From positions 10,454 to 74,453 of the forward strand of contig JAJCYE010000019.1 of the NCBI GenBank assembly GCA_029263075.1: DNA of 64,000 bases. The letters run 5' to 3'. Below the pieces are notes generated by a model, which had not been told where the DNA came from, ran no database searches, and saw only the letters and a program-made list of their open reading frames with translations. Positions 63,453-64,000 of this stretch are shown here, piece after piece (position 1 is the first letter of the stretch; every line of letters starts with the position of its first letter). The position numbers and the translations under genes are program-made. Origin of the DNA: Actinomycetes bacterium. GTDB taxonomy: Bacteria > Actinomycetota > CADDZG01 > JAHWKV01.

Positions 63453-63504
63453 CTACCCGGCAGAGATCGCGATAAACGGTTTGGGAGGGGTGCCGTCCGG
63501 GTAA
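63453..63504. promoter_or_regulatory. Back-to-back SigB/SigF-type stress promoters
   Basis: Minus strand GTTTAT-N13-GGGTAG (63477 to 63453); plus strand GGTTT-N16-GGGTAA (63478-63504). Confidence 0.5.
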
Positions 63505-63537
63505 TGAACCACGCTGCGCTGCCCTAGAATGGGGCCC

Positions 63538-64000
63538 ATGGTCTATCTGGATTACGCAGCCACCACTCCGATGATGGACGAGGTCATCGATGCGATGCTG
63601 CCTTACCAAAAGCAGTTCTTCGGGAACCCGTCCAGTGTCTACGGCGCCGGGCGGGAAGCCAAGAAGGGCCTGGAAGAAGCCCGAGAAAAGGTGGCGGCTG
63701 CAATAGGCGCCCACCCTGCCGAGGTCATCTTTACCGCCGGGGGGACCGAGGCCGACAACCTGGCTCTCAAGGGGGCCGTGGCCAGAGCGGACCCTCGTCG
63801 CCGCCACATCATCACAAGTTCCATCGAACACCATGCGGTGCTCCACTCCGCCGAGTGGCTCGAGAGCCAGGGCTACCGGGTGACCTTCCTTCCCGTAGAT
63901 GGCGGGGGGCTGGTGAACCTGGATGCCCTGAAGGCATCGCTGTCGTCGGAGACGGCAATTGTTTCGGTGATGCTGGCCAACAACGAGGTGGGCACGATCC
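63538..64000 (+). CDS. iscS: IscS/NifS-like cysteine desulfurase (partial, runs off the window)
   Basis: MVYLDYAATTP, FGNPSS, FTAGGTEADN, IEHHAV and MLANNEVGT motifs. Confidence 0.9.
   Translation, partial: MVYLDYAATTPMMDEVIDAMLPYQKQFFGNPSSVYGAGREAKKGLEEAREKVAAAIGAHPAEVIFTAGGTEADNLALKGAVARADPRRRHIITSSIEHHAVLHSAEWLESQGYRVTFLPVDGGGLVNLDALKASLSSETAIVSVMLANNEVGTI

Overview
A 64 kb, GC-rich chromosomal window from an actinobacterium, probably a deep-branching lineage. That placement is an inference from a complete Pup-proteasome locus combined with a Firmicutes-like rpmE-DUF1385-prfA-prmC-tsaC-rpiB-glyA-wecA-atp-murA arrangement. From left to right it holds: a partial aquaporin, a GT4 glycosyltransferase, a large sortase-type surface protein and ridA; the Pup-proteasome/Paf locus (trmI-arc-dop-pup-[secreted Gly-rich protein]-prcBA-pafA-DUF3866-pafBC); glnII with GlnR-type boxes, LOG and nadE; a two-component system with an M15 peptidase; ilvBNC-leuAB with two attenuator leader peptides, an ABC exporter and ilvD; an accessory block (YgjP-like protease, cytochrome P450 plus cyclooxygenase-like dioxygenase, metallothionein/VOC/PPOX, DUF523-DUF1722, MMPL); sufSU, translation genes, glyA, wecA, the full F1Fo operon, murA, an MBL hydrolase, an acidic disordered protein and a partial iscS. 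I found no tRNA, rRNA, CRISPR array, transposase or integrase. The strongest candidate for an undescribed system is the stand-alone P450 + COX-like dioxygenase operon, which looks like a split version of fungal linoleate diol synthases. Other candidates: a disulfide-clamped X-Gly-X protein inserted between pup and prcB; repeated leaderless micro-ORFs coupled to pafA, arc, trmI and ygjP; a PafBC-type promoter on the YgjP-like protease; probable ATA/ATT start codons, including in tsaC; and an MMPL carrying a TetR-like ligand-binding tail. All assignments come from motif recognition by eye; no searches were run.
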